The position numbers were made by a program, and so were the translations under genes. The notes beneath the pieces were generated by a model that saw nothing but the letters and a program-made list of their open reading frames with translations, was not told the origin of the DNA and did no database searches. A DNA stretch of 64,000 bases from Trichodelitschia bisporula (taxonomy: Eukaryota), in the NCBI GenBank assembly GCA_010356995.1, contig ML996694.1:1053224-1117223 (forward strand), read 5' to 3'. Shown one piece after another: positions 1-11,524 of this stretch. Numbering within the stretch: the stretch's first letter is position 1; each line of letters opens with the position of its first letter.

Positions 1-183
1 AGATCGAGCATCCGGCTCCCGCTATAAACTTGGCGTGTCCACCAGAAAGGTCTGACCATCAGCCTTATCACCAACCTCTCCCAACGCTATAAAGCTCGGC
101 GCCTTCCCCACCTCCTCCCCCTCCTTTCTCTGTGCAACAACCGTCTCTCCCCTCCCCCTCACCACCCCCCACCCCCTCCAACC

Positions 184-990
184 ATGCCCCGCGTATCCCC
201 CGACCGCGCCTCCTTCAACGCCCTCAACCTCCCCTCCGCCGCAATCCCCGAATGGATGGGCTCCTTCATCCTCTCCGCCCCACCAAACACAGACCTCTGG
301 CGCAAGCCCCCCGCAGCCGACACCTCCACCGCTCCCATCCTCTACACCGCCCTCCGCAACCCCTTCGTCTCCGCCGAAGTCACCGTCTCCGCCGACTGGC
401 GTCTAGAATGGGACCAGGCAGGCCTCGTCATCTTCGCAGGTAATCCGCCCGGCCGCACGCCTTCCCCTCCCACCGCTGCCCAGCAGCAACACGCCGCCCA
501 GCAACAAGCCACAAACCCCAGCGCCGTCCCACCGCCCGCCTACAACCACGCCCCCGCCGCGAAATGGGTCAAGCTCGGCCTGGAATTCACAAACTCAACC
601 TGCCACGCCAGCTCCGTCGTCGCCACCGCCGACGGCGCCGACTGGTGCGTGACCACGCTTCCGCGCTCGCAGGCCAGCCGCGCAGAGCTCCGTGTCAAAA
701 TGGAACGCATCGGCCACGCCCTCTGGCTCTACTACAAGGAAGAAACAACCTCCTCCGGGTCCGACACCGCGTCCTCGACCCCCCCTCCGCCGGGCTCCAA
801 CGGCGGCTGGAAGAAGCTGCGCGAGGTGACGTGGTTCTTCTACGGCGTTGAGGACAAGAATGTGCGCGTGGGCGTGTATGCGAGCAGGCCTGCGAACTTT
901 GCGCCGTCTATGTGGGAGAGCCGGAATGGGGGACAGAGCATCACGCAGTCGAATCTGCGCGTTGAGTTCGAGGACTTGGAGATTTTTTAA
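184..990 (+). CDS. DUF1349 / REE1-like concanavalin-fold protein (intronless)
   Basis: 268-aa ORF with motifs TDLWRKPP, EWDQAGLVIF, WVKLGLEF, ADW and LREVTWFF typical of fungal DUF1349 proteins. TATA-like GCTATAAA occurs twice upstream. Confidence 0.8.
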   Translation: MPRVSPDRASFNALNLPSAAIPEWMGSFILSAPPNTDLWRKPPAADTSTAPILYTALRNPFVSAEVTVSADWRLEWDQAGLVIFAGNPPGRTPSPPTAAQQQHAAQQQATNPSAVPPPAYNHAPAAKWVKLGLEFTNSTCHASSVVATADGADWCVTTLPRSQASRAELRVKMERIGHALWLYYKEETTSSGSDTASSTPPPPGSNGGWKKLREVTWFFYGVEDKNVRVGVYASRPANFAPSMWESRNGGQSITQSNLRVEFEDLEIF

Positions 991-2394
991 AGATGAGGAG
1001 ATGGGTTGAGGGGCGAGGGGCCCGGCTTGCGGCTGAGGTGTGCCGATGCTCGCGATGCTGCTCACCGCCCTCAGCGGGTCGCCTCCTGGCGCGGGGCGCG
1101 GAGTCAGCGCCGGCGCGACCCGCGCCACAGTCGGTACCGCACGTCGCGGCGGGCGCGTCGCATCGCTAGCGGGGCGCCACGCCGTTGGGACCCTGGTTTC
1201 CTTCCCTTTTTGGGTGCTTTTTTGCTTATGGCGGGCGGGCATGGCATGGGGGCGTTTGTTGGATATGGATTTCGATTGACGGCGCTTGTTTTGCGATGCT
1301 CTGCGCGGGTCGGTGATGGGTGAAGTGGTTATGCGCTCTCCTGTCTGCCCCCGGCAGATACCACGCCGCCTCTGATGCTTGCGAGGCAGAAGGCACGTGC
1401 CAGGTCGCAGGGCTGAGGACGTGTGGCGCGAGAGGCCTTGGGCAGTCGCGGGACGGGGCGCGTGGCGCGGAAGGACTGAAACACAAATACACCATCAGCC
1501 ATGGGATCGCCCTTTTTGTCATCCCTTTTTCGGCGTTTTTGACACGGGCATGTGGCGTTTATAGGCTGTGGGGGGCTTGGGGTCTGGACCCCCCGTTTGG
1601 GCTATTTGCATTGACGGTTCGTTTTTTTTGGTTGCTTGTGAGTTTTCTTGATCATTGGGGCGCGGAGTCGGTAGATGCTGCTTTGTTGGGCTGGCTGGTT
1701 GTTATGACTTCAGTGCTAGGGGTGGAGAGGGGGATGTGTGCTCTCTGTTTTTGGGCGGTAGGCGCGGTGCAGCGAGCATGGAAGAGAATGGTCATATCGG
1801 TGCTGCGTTGGTGGCTGGCGGATCGCGAACAAGCAGCGATAAAAAAAAGTTTCTATCCTAATAACCCTCACGAGTCCTCCGAAATCCACCTTGCATAGTA
1901 TTGGCCGCGCCGTTGTGAACCCCACCCCCCCTCCCCTCCACCCAACCAATCCCTCGCCCGCCCTCGCGGGACCAACATCCAACACCCAATACTCCGTACT
2001 CCGCGATTGTCAGCCCCCTATCCCGTACCGTTCACCGCTCGCGGGGCGAGACACATATCGGGTTTTAAATGGTAACTCCAGAGGCATGACACGATTTAAG
2101 GTCTACCGGTGGGTATACGGTAGCAGCGGGTAAGGCGAGCGATCGCATGGGTAGGGCGGGGGCTCTGATGACGCGCAGGCCGCGGCGGGTGCTCGTTGGT
2201 CGGATGCGACACAGGGTCTACGGAGTACTTGGGGCCGATGACATCTGACAAGCCGCGACACGCGCGCGGGGCTAATTCCGGCGTATGGTAGACATATACG
2301 GATACAGCTACATGCACCTCCGCAGCCCAGCTCCGACCCGTCACGCCGGGCCTTCGCCATTTCCTTCCCCGTACCGTGGGCCAGCTACAGCGCG

Positions 2395-3506
2395 CTACAG
2401 CACCTTCCTCCTGCGGGTCCAGGCCTTCACGAACTCGAGCTTGTCCGCCGCGCCCAGGCCCACGCGCTTCACGCGGCCCAGGCGCGCGAGATCCTCCTCC
2501 ACCTTATCCAGGACCTTTTGCTCGTCGGGGGAGGGCGACTCGTCGCCGTCTTCGACGATCGTGTCGTCGCTGTTGATGGAGTGGAGGAGGTCGTCCAGGG
2601 CCTGCGTCTGGGTCTTGGGGCGCCGCTTGCTGCTGGAGTCGCCGGCTGTGTTGTAGGCGGCTTCGGCGATGCGCACGCGGATGGTGTGTGTGGGCGCTGA
2701 GCAGAGGTTCCAGAGGAAGGAGAGGTAAGCCCCAGGGACCGGGGTTGTGATGTCCGCGGCGGTGTAGCGCAGGCTGACGGGGAAGATTTTGGTTTCACGG
2801 GGGGCGGTCAGGAGACATGGGCTGAAGGGGAGGATGCCGCGGCCGTTGGTGGCAGTGCATTCGGGTTGCACTACTATTGCGGAGTCGGGGTGCTCTTTGA
2901 GGAGAGTGCTTAGGGGCACGAGGCGGGCTGAGGGGGGGGGGGTAGCTTGGGGGGGGAGGAGGGCGCGGAGGATGGCTTGGAGGAGGGAGATGCGGTGGAC
3001 GAGGCGGGTGGAGGGGTAGGAAGCTGTGAAGATGGGATCGAAGATGGCGGCGAGGTAGAGGCAGTCGATCGGGGATGTGAAGGAGGAGGCGATGATGGTG
3101 CCCGGTTGCGGGAGACGGTTCCGGTGCTTTGCCAGAGAGCTGGAGTTCAATTAGCTGGAGGCGACTACCGATTTGCAGTAGGCCTTACCCTCGCTTTACT
3201 CCATCAATCTGTAGGTCTATCCACCAGACCCCAGGTACTCCAAGCAGTATCCATAGTCCGGCTTTCTTCACTAGCGAGCCCACGGGAAGCCATGAGCACA
3301 GGACGGTGTACGTCACAGAGACCACGATCAGTAGTGGCACTCGGCATATGAAAAGAAAGATGTGAATCGGCAGATATACGCCCGACGGCTGGGCAGGCAC
3401 AGGGAAGAAAGGCGCAATGCCAGAGCCTATGATGGAGTGAGCATTACAAAGACTAGCAATAAGGGATGCACTCACCTCTGTCCCTGAACTGCGAATATTT
3501 CTCCAT
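2395..3506 (-). CDS. LOA1: Lysophosphatidic acid:oleoyl-CoA acyltransferase LOA1/VPS66 homolog, 3 exons (3506-3476, 3426-3189, 3139-2395)
   Basis: Spliced N-terminus MEKYSQFRDRGSGIAPFFP; acyltransferase-type motifs SFTSPID and PECTATNGRGILPF; GT..AG introns keep the frame. Confidence 0.8.
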
Positions 3507-3704
3507 TATGAATGGATAGTCGGTTGCCTTATACGCGGATTAGAGCACCTCAATCATCTTGTCACCAAACACACGAGACCAGACAGCAAAATGTGAGTCG
3601 AGATGCTAAAGACAGAGGAGAAAAGAAGTTCGGCCAGTGGCGTGGTCTGCTCGTCGTCATGGTGGTTGGCGCGACTCGCAGCATGTGACTTTTCTGCTCA
3701 AGGC

Positions 3705-3755
3705 ATCACGTGATTTACTAGGAACCCCAGTCGCGGAGCGAATTGTTTACAAACA
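3705..3755. promoter_or_regulatory. Candidate sites in the LOA1/klpA divergent promoter: palindromic E-box ATCACGTGAT (3705-3714) and forkhead TTGTTTAC (3743-3750)
   Basis: Exact consensus matches in a 460-bp intergenic region between divergent ATGs; forkhead sites are typical of mitotic genes. Confidence 0.4.
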
Positions 3756-3965
3756 GTGGCTCTGGCTCCAGCAGTGGACCCGTCCTTGAACCATATTCGA
3801 TGCAATGCCTTCTTCTCTCGTTTAAGTGACATCAGAATCAAATCGCCCAACTCCACCGCCCTACTCCACCTCCTACTACCCGCTACTGCTATGGTCTACG
3901 CTGCGACCACCTGATCTCCTACTCCCTGGTACGCAATTAGCCCAGTCTTCAGCGTGTTCGCCGCA

Positions 3966-6900
3966 ATGGAGGTGCACGATAACCCGGTAAGCTGTGGCCC
4001 CGATCCACCGACTCCCCTTTGCGCAGCACTGACTCCTATTCAACCACTAGTCCGTCAAACCCTCTGGCCTTCGCCCTCCAAGCAAGGTACAGACATCGCT
4101 GCCTCTGCCAACGACCAAAGGCCTCGTCGAAATGACCGCGTCCGACAACAACGTTCGCATCGCGCCCTCAACTGGAACCACTTCGTCGACGATGGGTCCA
4201 CCACCAGGAAGCCTCAAGCACAGGCCGTATGGCCGTAAGCCTGCCGATACCTCTGGACAAATCCAAGCTGACCCCCTCCGAGTGCCTGAGTCGCAGCCTA
4301 AACAACGAAAGACTCTGAAAGACCGCGCAGCCGAGCCAATCCGTCCGCCTTCTGCAACGTCTACCTACAAAGAGTCTATTAGTGGCAGAGGCCCCGTCGC
4401 GCGCAATGGCTTCTCATCATCGACGCGTGTGCCACCGCCGACGCGCACTACATCTAACTCGTCTTACGGACAGTCTACATTCAGAGCGTCCGCGATGCCC
4501 CGACCAAACACGGCTCTAGGCCACTCGCGCACCAACTCATACGGTGGAAGTCTGAAGCAGGGCCACGCGCAAGATCGCCGTGGATTCAGCAACTCGTCCC
4601 AGCCCGCTGCTGCTCCGGCCGGTACGGCCCCATTTCTTATATCTCCCAATGTTACGCAGAGAAAGAATACTGTCATTGTCCCTAAAACGCGCGTTCAGCA
4701 CAGATGGAGCTCAGCGAGCTCGTCGTCGCGTAACAGTGGACAGGGACATGAGATCTCTGGCTTTCAAGCTCATGACTCGGTCGCGTCGTACAGAGTGTCT
4801 TCTCTCAGCTCGGCTCTGGAGCGTCTGGATATCCAAAACGAACCAGGTATTTCCAGAGCCGATCTGCCATTGAAGCACCACGATCGACCTCCGTCGCCGT
4901 CACGCATTCCCAAGGCGCTGTCTCCGCAGAAGCAGACGCCTGGGAAGCTGACTCTGACGGATCCCCCTTCTTTCACCCCCTCCGATGCCCTGCGGGGCGG
5001 CAAGAGCCCTACCAAACCCCTTAAGTCTCCTGCGAAGCATGTTTTCTTGAGTAAAGATTCTAACACATCAGTCTCAGCTCTGGAGGACACGTCGGAGACG
5101 CAATTCAAGGACTTCCAGAACATGTTCACCAAAATGCAAGCTCAAATGACCGGCACCACCTTTGCGCAGAATGCTCTAAAAGAGCTGGTCGAGATGCTCA
5201 AAGCACGAGGTAAGCGGGAATCCAGCTTAGGCGAAACCGCACTACGCGCTACTCCCCTCTGCTGGTGGGTCTTGTCTACTAACACGATTTAGTGACGGAG
5301 CTGGAGGGCCTCAAGTCTCAGATGGCTACCACCATCGACTCTCTGCGCGGTGATCTGGAGACAGCCAAGGCCGAGCGTGCTGAAGCTGAGCGTGCCCTTG
5401 AAGATGCGCGTCGGGCTCTTGAGATTGAGATTGACGATGTAGAGCGTAAGAATCGCTATGAAATGGAGGATCTGCGCGAAGAGCACCGGCGGGAGCTGGA
5501 GCGCATCCGGAGGGCAGCGACTGATGACCAAGAACATGAGCGTAAGAAGGCCCAGGAGGAGATCGATCGTCTCTTGCGGAACCACCGCGAAGAGTTGGCG
5601 AGCCTCGAACGCCAGCTCAAAACGCAGCTCGAAGCTGAACAGGTTGGTGTTCCCGCGAGAGTGCACTCTACGAAGAACGGCAATTGACACGGCACAGGAG
5701 CGCCGTATACGCGAAGTGGCGGACATGGCAAGTCAGCGGGACATGCAGTTGCAAAGCATCGCGGGCGACATTGGCAAGAAGGAGCGCGAAACCGAAACCA
5801 TCCGCCACGAGCTTGACCTCAAGGCCTCTGAGATTGAGCGCGAGAAGAGCCTCCGCTCCACTCTCGAAACGAAGATCGCTGAGGTTTCGGCCAGCATGCT
5901 CACCCTTGAGGGCGCCAACCGTGCCATGAAGGCTAAGATCGACTTCCTGGAGTCCGATAACCAGGCGCAGTCGCAAGCCTTTGCGGACCTGCATAAGCGC
6001 ATGCAAGAGGCCATTGAAGCGGCCGAGGAGTCTAATGCCAAGTTGAGGGCGGAAGAGACGCTGCGCCGGAAGTTGCATAATCAGATCCAGGAACTCAAGG
6101 GCAACATCCGCGTGTTTTGCCGTGTCCGTCCCCCGCTTGGGAGTGAGGTAGACGAAGCGGCAAAGATCAACTTCCCGGACCAGCAGGAAGAGAGCAAGGA
6201 AGTCGTTGTGACGGGTCCGGAGCAGAAGAGCGCGCTCGGAAACGTCACCGCGCAGAACCATGCGTTCTCCTTCGATCGCGTCTTCGGACCCGGTAGCGCC
6301 AACGGACAGGTGTTTGAGGAGATCAGCCAGCTGGTGCAAAGCGCGTTGGACGGATACAATGTGTGCATATTCTGTTACGGCCAGACGGGGTCCGGTAAGA
6401 CCCATACCATGAGCTCGCCCGATGGAATGATCCCACTCGCCGTAAAACAAATCTACGATACAGCCAAGACACTGGGAGACAAGGGCTGGACCTACCGCAT
6501 GGAAGGGAGCTTCATCGAAGTGTACAATGAGAACCTGAACGATCTGCTCGGGACGGCGGACGACATCGACAAGAAGAAGCATGAGATCCGCCACGACCCC
6601 GCCAAGTGCAAGACTACGGTCACGGATATCACAAAGGTCGAGCTCGACTCGCCTGAGCGTGTTCAGGAGGTGCTCAAGCGCGCGGACGGCAATCGCAGCG
6701 TTGCGGCGACTAAGGCGAACATGCGCTCGTCGCGCAGCCACTCTGTCTTCATCCTGTCGCTCGTGGGCGAGAACTCAATCACCGGCGAGCGCAGCGAGGG
6801 CACGCTGAACCTCGTTGATCTGGCGGGCAGCGAGCGGCTCAGCCATTCTCAGGCCGAAGGGCAGCGTTTGAAGGAGACGCAGAATATCAACAAGAGCCTG

Positions 6901-7197
6901 AGCTGCTTGGGAGATGTGATTGCGGCGCTGGGGAAGGGTGATGGGGGCCACGTGCCGTATCGGAACAGCAAGGTATGTCTTACTGGAGCGTCTTATATGT
7001 GCATTGCTAACTATCTCTCGCAGTTGACGTACTTGCTGCAGTTCTCGCTGGGCGGCAACTCCAAGACGCTCATGTTCGTCATGATCAGTCCGCTGCAGGC
7101 GCATCTGAGCGAGACGTTGACGAGCCTGAAATTCGCGACCAAGGTCCACAACACACATATCGGTACGGCGAAGCGACAAGTCAAGACCAAGGACTGA
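3966..7197 (+). CDS. klpA: Kinesin-14 (Kar3/KlpA), C-terminal motor; exons 3966-3986, 4051-5209, 5293-5642, 5698-6972, 7024-7197 (possible extra intron 4622-5071)
   Basis: Neck ELKGNIRVFCRVRP, P-loop GQTGSGKT, switch motifs SSRSH and LVDLAGSE, HVPYRNSK|LTYLLQ. A coiled-coil stalk precedes the motor, and the intron phases check out. Confidence 0.95.
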
Positions 7198-7932
7198 GGT
7201 ACCATGTCCACGGTCTTTCTCGTACAAAAAACGAAAACATCTGAACTACACAGTTCATTTTGGATTTAGCGCAGCAGACCGAAGACTTGGGTTCTCGGTT
7301 TCGGAGGCGTTAAATGTGTGCACTTTTTTTATGGTTGGCTCGGGTTTTGGCACCGGCGGTTCTTCTTGGGGAGTTGTGGCGAATTGTTGGCTAACTGGTT
7401 GTGAATGAAGTGCGCAAGCGGGGTCGCAGAATCATGCAAATGCTGCCTGCTGCGGATGGGGAGCGTCGCGGCGTCCGACTCAGCTCGGGATCTTCGTCCT
7501 GATGCGTCGTGAAGGGCCCGGCGAGCCGTGAGTCCGCCATAAGTGGTTGTAACAAGTGGAAAACCATGGGCTTCTGGCGAGCAATGTAATGTTATGCATT
7601 GAGTGGGCCTGTCTGCTAGCCTGTCTGGTAGCATAGCGGAATGCACTGGATGCCATGGACGTGGCGTTAGTGTGATAATGTATCGTCTGATATGAGCGCA
7701 CCGTGCCTGGCATCGAGGCTAGCAGCAGCAGCGCGCCTACCTTTATCGAATTCAGCATCGAATGTACCTGAAATGACAGGGCGTTGACATCAGCGGGGCG
7801 GATTGATGTCATTCGTGCCGCAGTCATCCGCGTCAAAGGGGTAGAAAAATGGGCGTTGCCCTGCAGCATCGAGTTTCCCATCTGCGACTTCCCTTTTCAG
7901 ACACCACCACATAATCTAATCGGAGCTCGAAC

Positions 7933-8458
7933 ATGTCGAACGCAACAGATGCATACGAGACCGCGTATTCCCGCGAGGGCAGAAGGGGGGTGAGTGTGCT
8001 TCAGCCTTGCGCACCCTTCGTTAACGCCGAGGTCTACGATGGTCTGACTGACACTACCTACTCTAGTCCTGGACTTCCAAATTCGAAAACCTCGAAAACC
8101 AAAAACGCGACACGTCCAGCCCTGGGTCCGAAGAGCGCCGCGCGAGCATCACCGAGCAGCGCGTCGGGAAGCCGGGGTACATCGAGCAGATGTGGAACAG
8201 GTATGCACCACCCCCTTCCCCCCTCTTATCCCTCCCACCTTCCATACCTCCCTCCTCCCTCCCCGCATTACCCCTTTGGGCGACATGCGATTCCGGATTT
8301 GAGCCGTGGCGCTGATGCAGTTTGTACTTCATGATAGCCTGACGCGGGGTACGACCCACCCACCCGCGAGCCGCGACCCGGACGCCTCGCGCAACACGGC
8401 AATTGAGCCGGGGCCTAAGCAGCATATTACGCGAACGGGGGCGGGGACGCTGGGTTAG
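7933..8458 (+). CDS. Small 103-aa protein resembling short conidiation/stress-associated ascomycete proteins; exons 7933-7989, 8067-8200, 8338-8458
   Basis: Introns GTGAGT..CTGAC..TAG and GTATGC..CTGAT..TAG join into MSNATDAYETAYSREGRRGSWTSKFENLENQKRDTSSPGSEERRASITEQRVGKPGYIEQMWNSLTRG... Confidence 0.65.
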
Positions 8459-9099
8459 ACCGCTGGGCGGTGGGCGCAAGATTGAGCGTAGGCGGGCCGA
8501 GCGTGTGTGCACCGCCTTGGGCGGGATAGTGCTAGTACAGAAATCCGATGACGTACTCCGTTCCACTGGGTTGCGTTATCGATATTTGCGGTGCGTTGAG
8601 GCAAGCTTGGAGGCGGGGGTTCTGCGTGTCAGCATTGTGCGTCGCCCTGCGGCCAATGGCGCGGCGCGAGGCTGAGGGGCTGGGGCGTGAGTGGTCGGGG
8701 CGAGTTCGACGTGAACTGGTGGGGCGTGTAGGGGTGTGTTCCGTGCTGTATGCGGAGGGTATATATGCTTGAGAAAGAGAATGCCGTAAAGTCTTGAACG
8801 GAAGTGGAGTGCACGCAGTGTTCCCAGAATGGTGCTTGTGCGCTTGCCGTGACAAGACAGGGTGGGCTCTAGCGAGATATACCCCCTAGGAAGCTGTGAG
8901 GAGGGGGATATGACGGCTCTGAGAGGTCTGAGGTGCAGGGAGTGAAGTACTAGCAGGTCATGAAAGCTGTGAATACCATGTTGTCATGTTCCGTATATGC
9001 CGCTTGAGTCTACAACCGTCATTCGCGTGAATGTACCGCAAGGCTAGGTTCACATGACTTAGGACGTCCTCCAGACACTGGAGATATGCCATAGGAGTG

Positions 9100-10030
9100 A
9101 TGAAGAGATTGCCTACCAGTGAATGCGGTACGGACTTTCCACGTACAGCGAGCCCCAGGACGCTAACCTCCAGCTCAAGAGATCTCAGAAGCTGGGTACC
9201 GCGTATCAAGGATATATACAGAAGAGACCAGCTGCTCGCCGTCTTGCCGGTATGCTTTCCCTAAGCTAACTCTGGCAAGGGGGATGGATAGACACTCGAT
9301 ACCTAGTGAAGATGGCACAGTTCATAATTTATGCTGTGAGTAGTGGAAGCATATTGTGATAAAAAGATCGTGTATGAACTACGGTACAATGATGATGCTA
9401 AGTATTTTCCAATCGCCCGCCATTAGCCGGCCATTGACGATACCCCCACCAGTGTTGACACTGGTAGGGGTATATGCCGATGTAGAGTCACGATCGGCAA
9501 CATCCCCTCTGATGACCGCAGTGGGCTTACCATCTGGCATGACGGACACGCTGCGCAGTACTTGGCGATATCTGTTGCACGGTTCGGCCAGAAGACCTTG
9601 CCAACCGCTTGCTTGGTTGCGATATGGGCTGCAAAGTGACCGTGAGCGTCGTGGATATCGCTGATGGTGTCGTGGACCGCATCCACTCTGATGCATCGGC
9701 CCAGTCCGCCGTCTCGCTCCATAACGACGCAGGAAGTGACACTAAGTGCGAAAAACTGGTCGCTCCGCCATTGTCGTCGTCCTGGAAGTGTCGACAGAAC
9801 GCGTTCGGATCGCACGGGTCGAGCGCGGGTTCATTGTTCGGAGCCGGAATCAGCCCGAAGGCTATGTCTTTCATCAGCGAGTAGGTTCCGGGCGAGCCTG
9901 TCAGGCCCAATACCCCCACAGCGTGATACGCTGGAAACAATGCGGAGTAATTCTGCCACATTTGTGACATACAAAGATCCACCAGTGAGCGACAAGACAG
10001 AATGTCTAAAGTACATGCCCATTCAACAAA
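9100..10030 (-). mobile_element. Degenerate Ty3/Gypsy retrotransposon relic (integrase HHCC zinc-binding region); boundaries approximate
   Basis: ORF 9423-9815 contains HDAHGHF...FWPNRATDIAKYCAACPSCQ, a Gypsy-type integrase H2C2 motif; flanking frames are broken. Confidence 0.75.
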
Positions 10031-10199
10031 TGTCCTGTAGATCTGATGAGACTAGGGATAACGATGCACCGGTACTCGATCTGATCAGGCGGGAAAAGAG
10101 GCATGGGACGTCATTCTGGTCTGGCGGTTGTCGCAGTGTATGCGGATCGAAGCGTCGAGGCACAGACAAGAGCGACGTTGGCCTTTGACATGTTGGTCC

Positions 10200-10559
10200 A
10201 GGTGGTTCCATTCGTAGAATCGAGTAGCCATTGTTGTTCCTTCTTGCCGCCCATACCTGTGAGAACCATCCACAAAACCTGTGATCGACGTACCAGAATT
10301 CGTTTTCTTCGCTTCGCGAAATGGCGAAGGATGACAATCGAAGCCGCAAGGACGTTGCTTTGTTGAGATTAAAGCGATGGTCGTATTCATGAAGGAGTTT
10401 CCACAAAAACTTGAGTTCCGGCGCTCCCAGGTTGATCTTCATGTTCACACGACAAGTGTTGCGAGTGCCGCCGAGCAACTTCACGGCAAAGCCGCCAATA
10501 AAAGCGTGTTCACCGCCCGGTCCTGGAGGACCGAAGAGACTGCCTCGGCGGCCTCGCAC
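10200..10559 (-). pseudogene. Fragment resembling the N-terminus of a fungal nucleotidyltransferase-like protein
   Basis: HAFIGGFAVKLLGGTRNT resembles the hhhGGhA..hhG..R.T.DhD signature, but the DxD is lost and the similarity fades after about 45 aa. Confidence 0.4.
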
Positions 10560-10799
10560 ATCGCTCGCCAGTATCAGGCAGTTGCCATGTCTCGCGGACG
10601 GTACGCTCTGCTATATGTTAGCAGGAGCTGCTGCTCGCAACCTCCATTGAACGGAAAGGTTGGGAGCTCAGCAAGCCATGTCGTCAGATCTTCGGCTCCA
10701 ACTATATTACATTGGTCTCCTAGGCGATAGAAAATGGAAATAAACTTACCCTCTCTAGGTACTTGAAGCTTGATAAGCATAATGCATGCTTTAAAAATC

Positions 10800-11444
10800 C
10801 CTACCGCGAGTTAGCTAGCTGGATAAGTCGCGTTCAAATAACCGTTAGAGGCTCACTTTCTGTGATAGGCTTCCGTTGTCTGACCAGAGGTGGTTGGAGC
10901 AGTTCCTTCACAGCTCATGTGTCGAGTGGGACTTGCAGAATAAGCTTCCGCAATCTCGGTGATGTACGACAGTTGTGAGAGAGCAATCGTTTTCGTGGAT
11001 ATGACCCACGAAATGCGGATTCCGGGGAACCATGTGGGTGGTCCCAACTCTCTCATCTTGAATGTGGACGTCAGGAGCAGGCGTACTTTGTGGCGGATTC
11101 TCTTTGCAACCCATGATGAAGAAGTCGTCAACGTAGAAAAACAATGCGACCGGAAAGGAGACATTGTCCTTGAGGGGGGTCTCCGCGATCAGGGAGAAAC
11201 TGGCCTTGTGAAGGGCTTGCGTGAACGTGGCCATCCACAGTTTCGGCGCCTTTCGAAGTCTATAAACTGCCTCGTTGAACCGATAGACTTGGCCTAGCGA
11301 TGGGAAGCATTGGGAAGGATAGCTGAATATGACCTCTGACTGAATCAGGGACATCGGGGACAAGTTAGCAAGAAACACTGCCATCGTTGCGCCAACTTTC
11401 TCACCTCTGATATCCCAAAAAACAGCTTCCATAGACAGCAACAT
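10800..11444 (-). mobile_element. Degenerate Ty1/Copia reverse transcriptase (RVT_2) relic, frameshifted
   Basis: VYRFNEAVYRLRKAPKLW, FFYVDDFFI and, in another frame, FKMRELGPPTWFPGIRI...LSQLSYI match Copia RT motifs (LYGLKQAPRxW, YVDD, FxMKDLG..FLGI, LSQxxYI). Confidence 0.8.
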
Positions 11445-11446
11445 GT

Positions 11447-11524
11447 TGTGAAGGATGCTCGATGTAGAAACGAGCTTGAATGATGTGTGAAGGATGCTCG
11501 GTGGAGCAACGGGTTTGAATGATG
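11447..11524. repeat. Tandem duplication, 2 x 39 bp
   Basis: TGTGAAGGATGCTCGATGTAGAAACGAGCTTGAATGATG is followed by TGTGAAGGATGCTCGGTGGAGCAACGGGTTTGAATGATG. Confidence 0.85.

Noticed and set aside
1074..1123. Strong hairpin (GCGGGTCGC/GCGACCCGC) in the DUF1349 3' region, and several ORFs at 1000-2350
   Set aside because: Very GC-rich context makes such stems and ORFs likely by chance; no SECIS or other known RNA features and no protein motifs.
5668..6741. 357-aa antisense ORF over the kinesin (similar ones over CCT8, ISY1 and calmodulin)
   Set aside because: Shadow ORFs produced by GC3-rich codon usage of the real genes.
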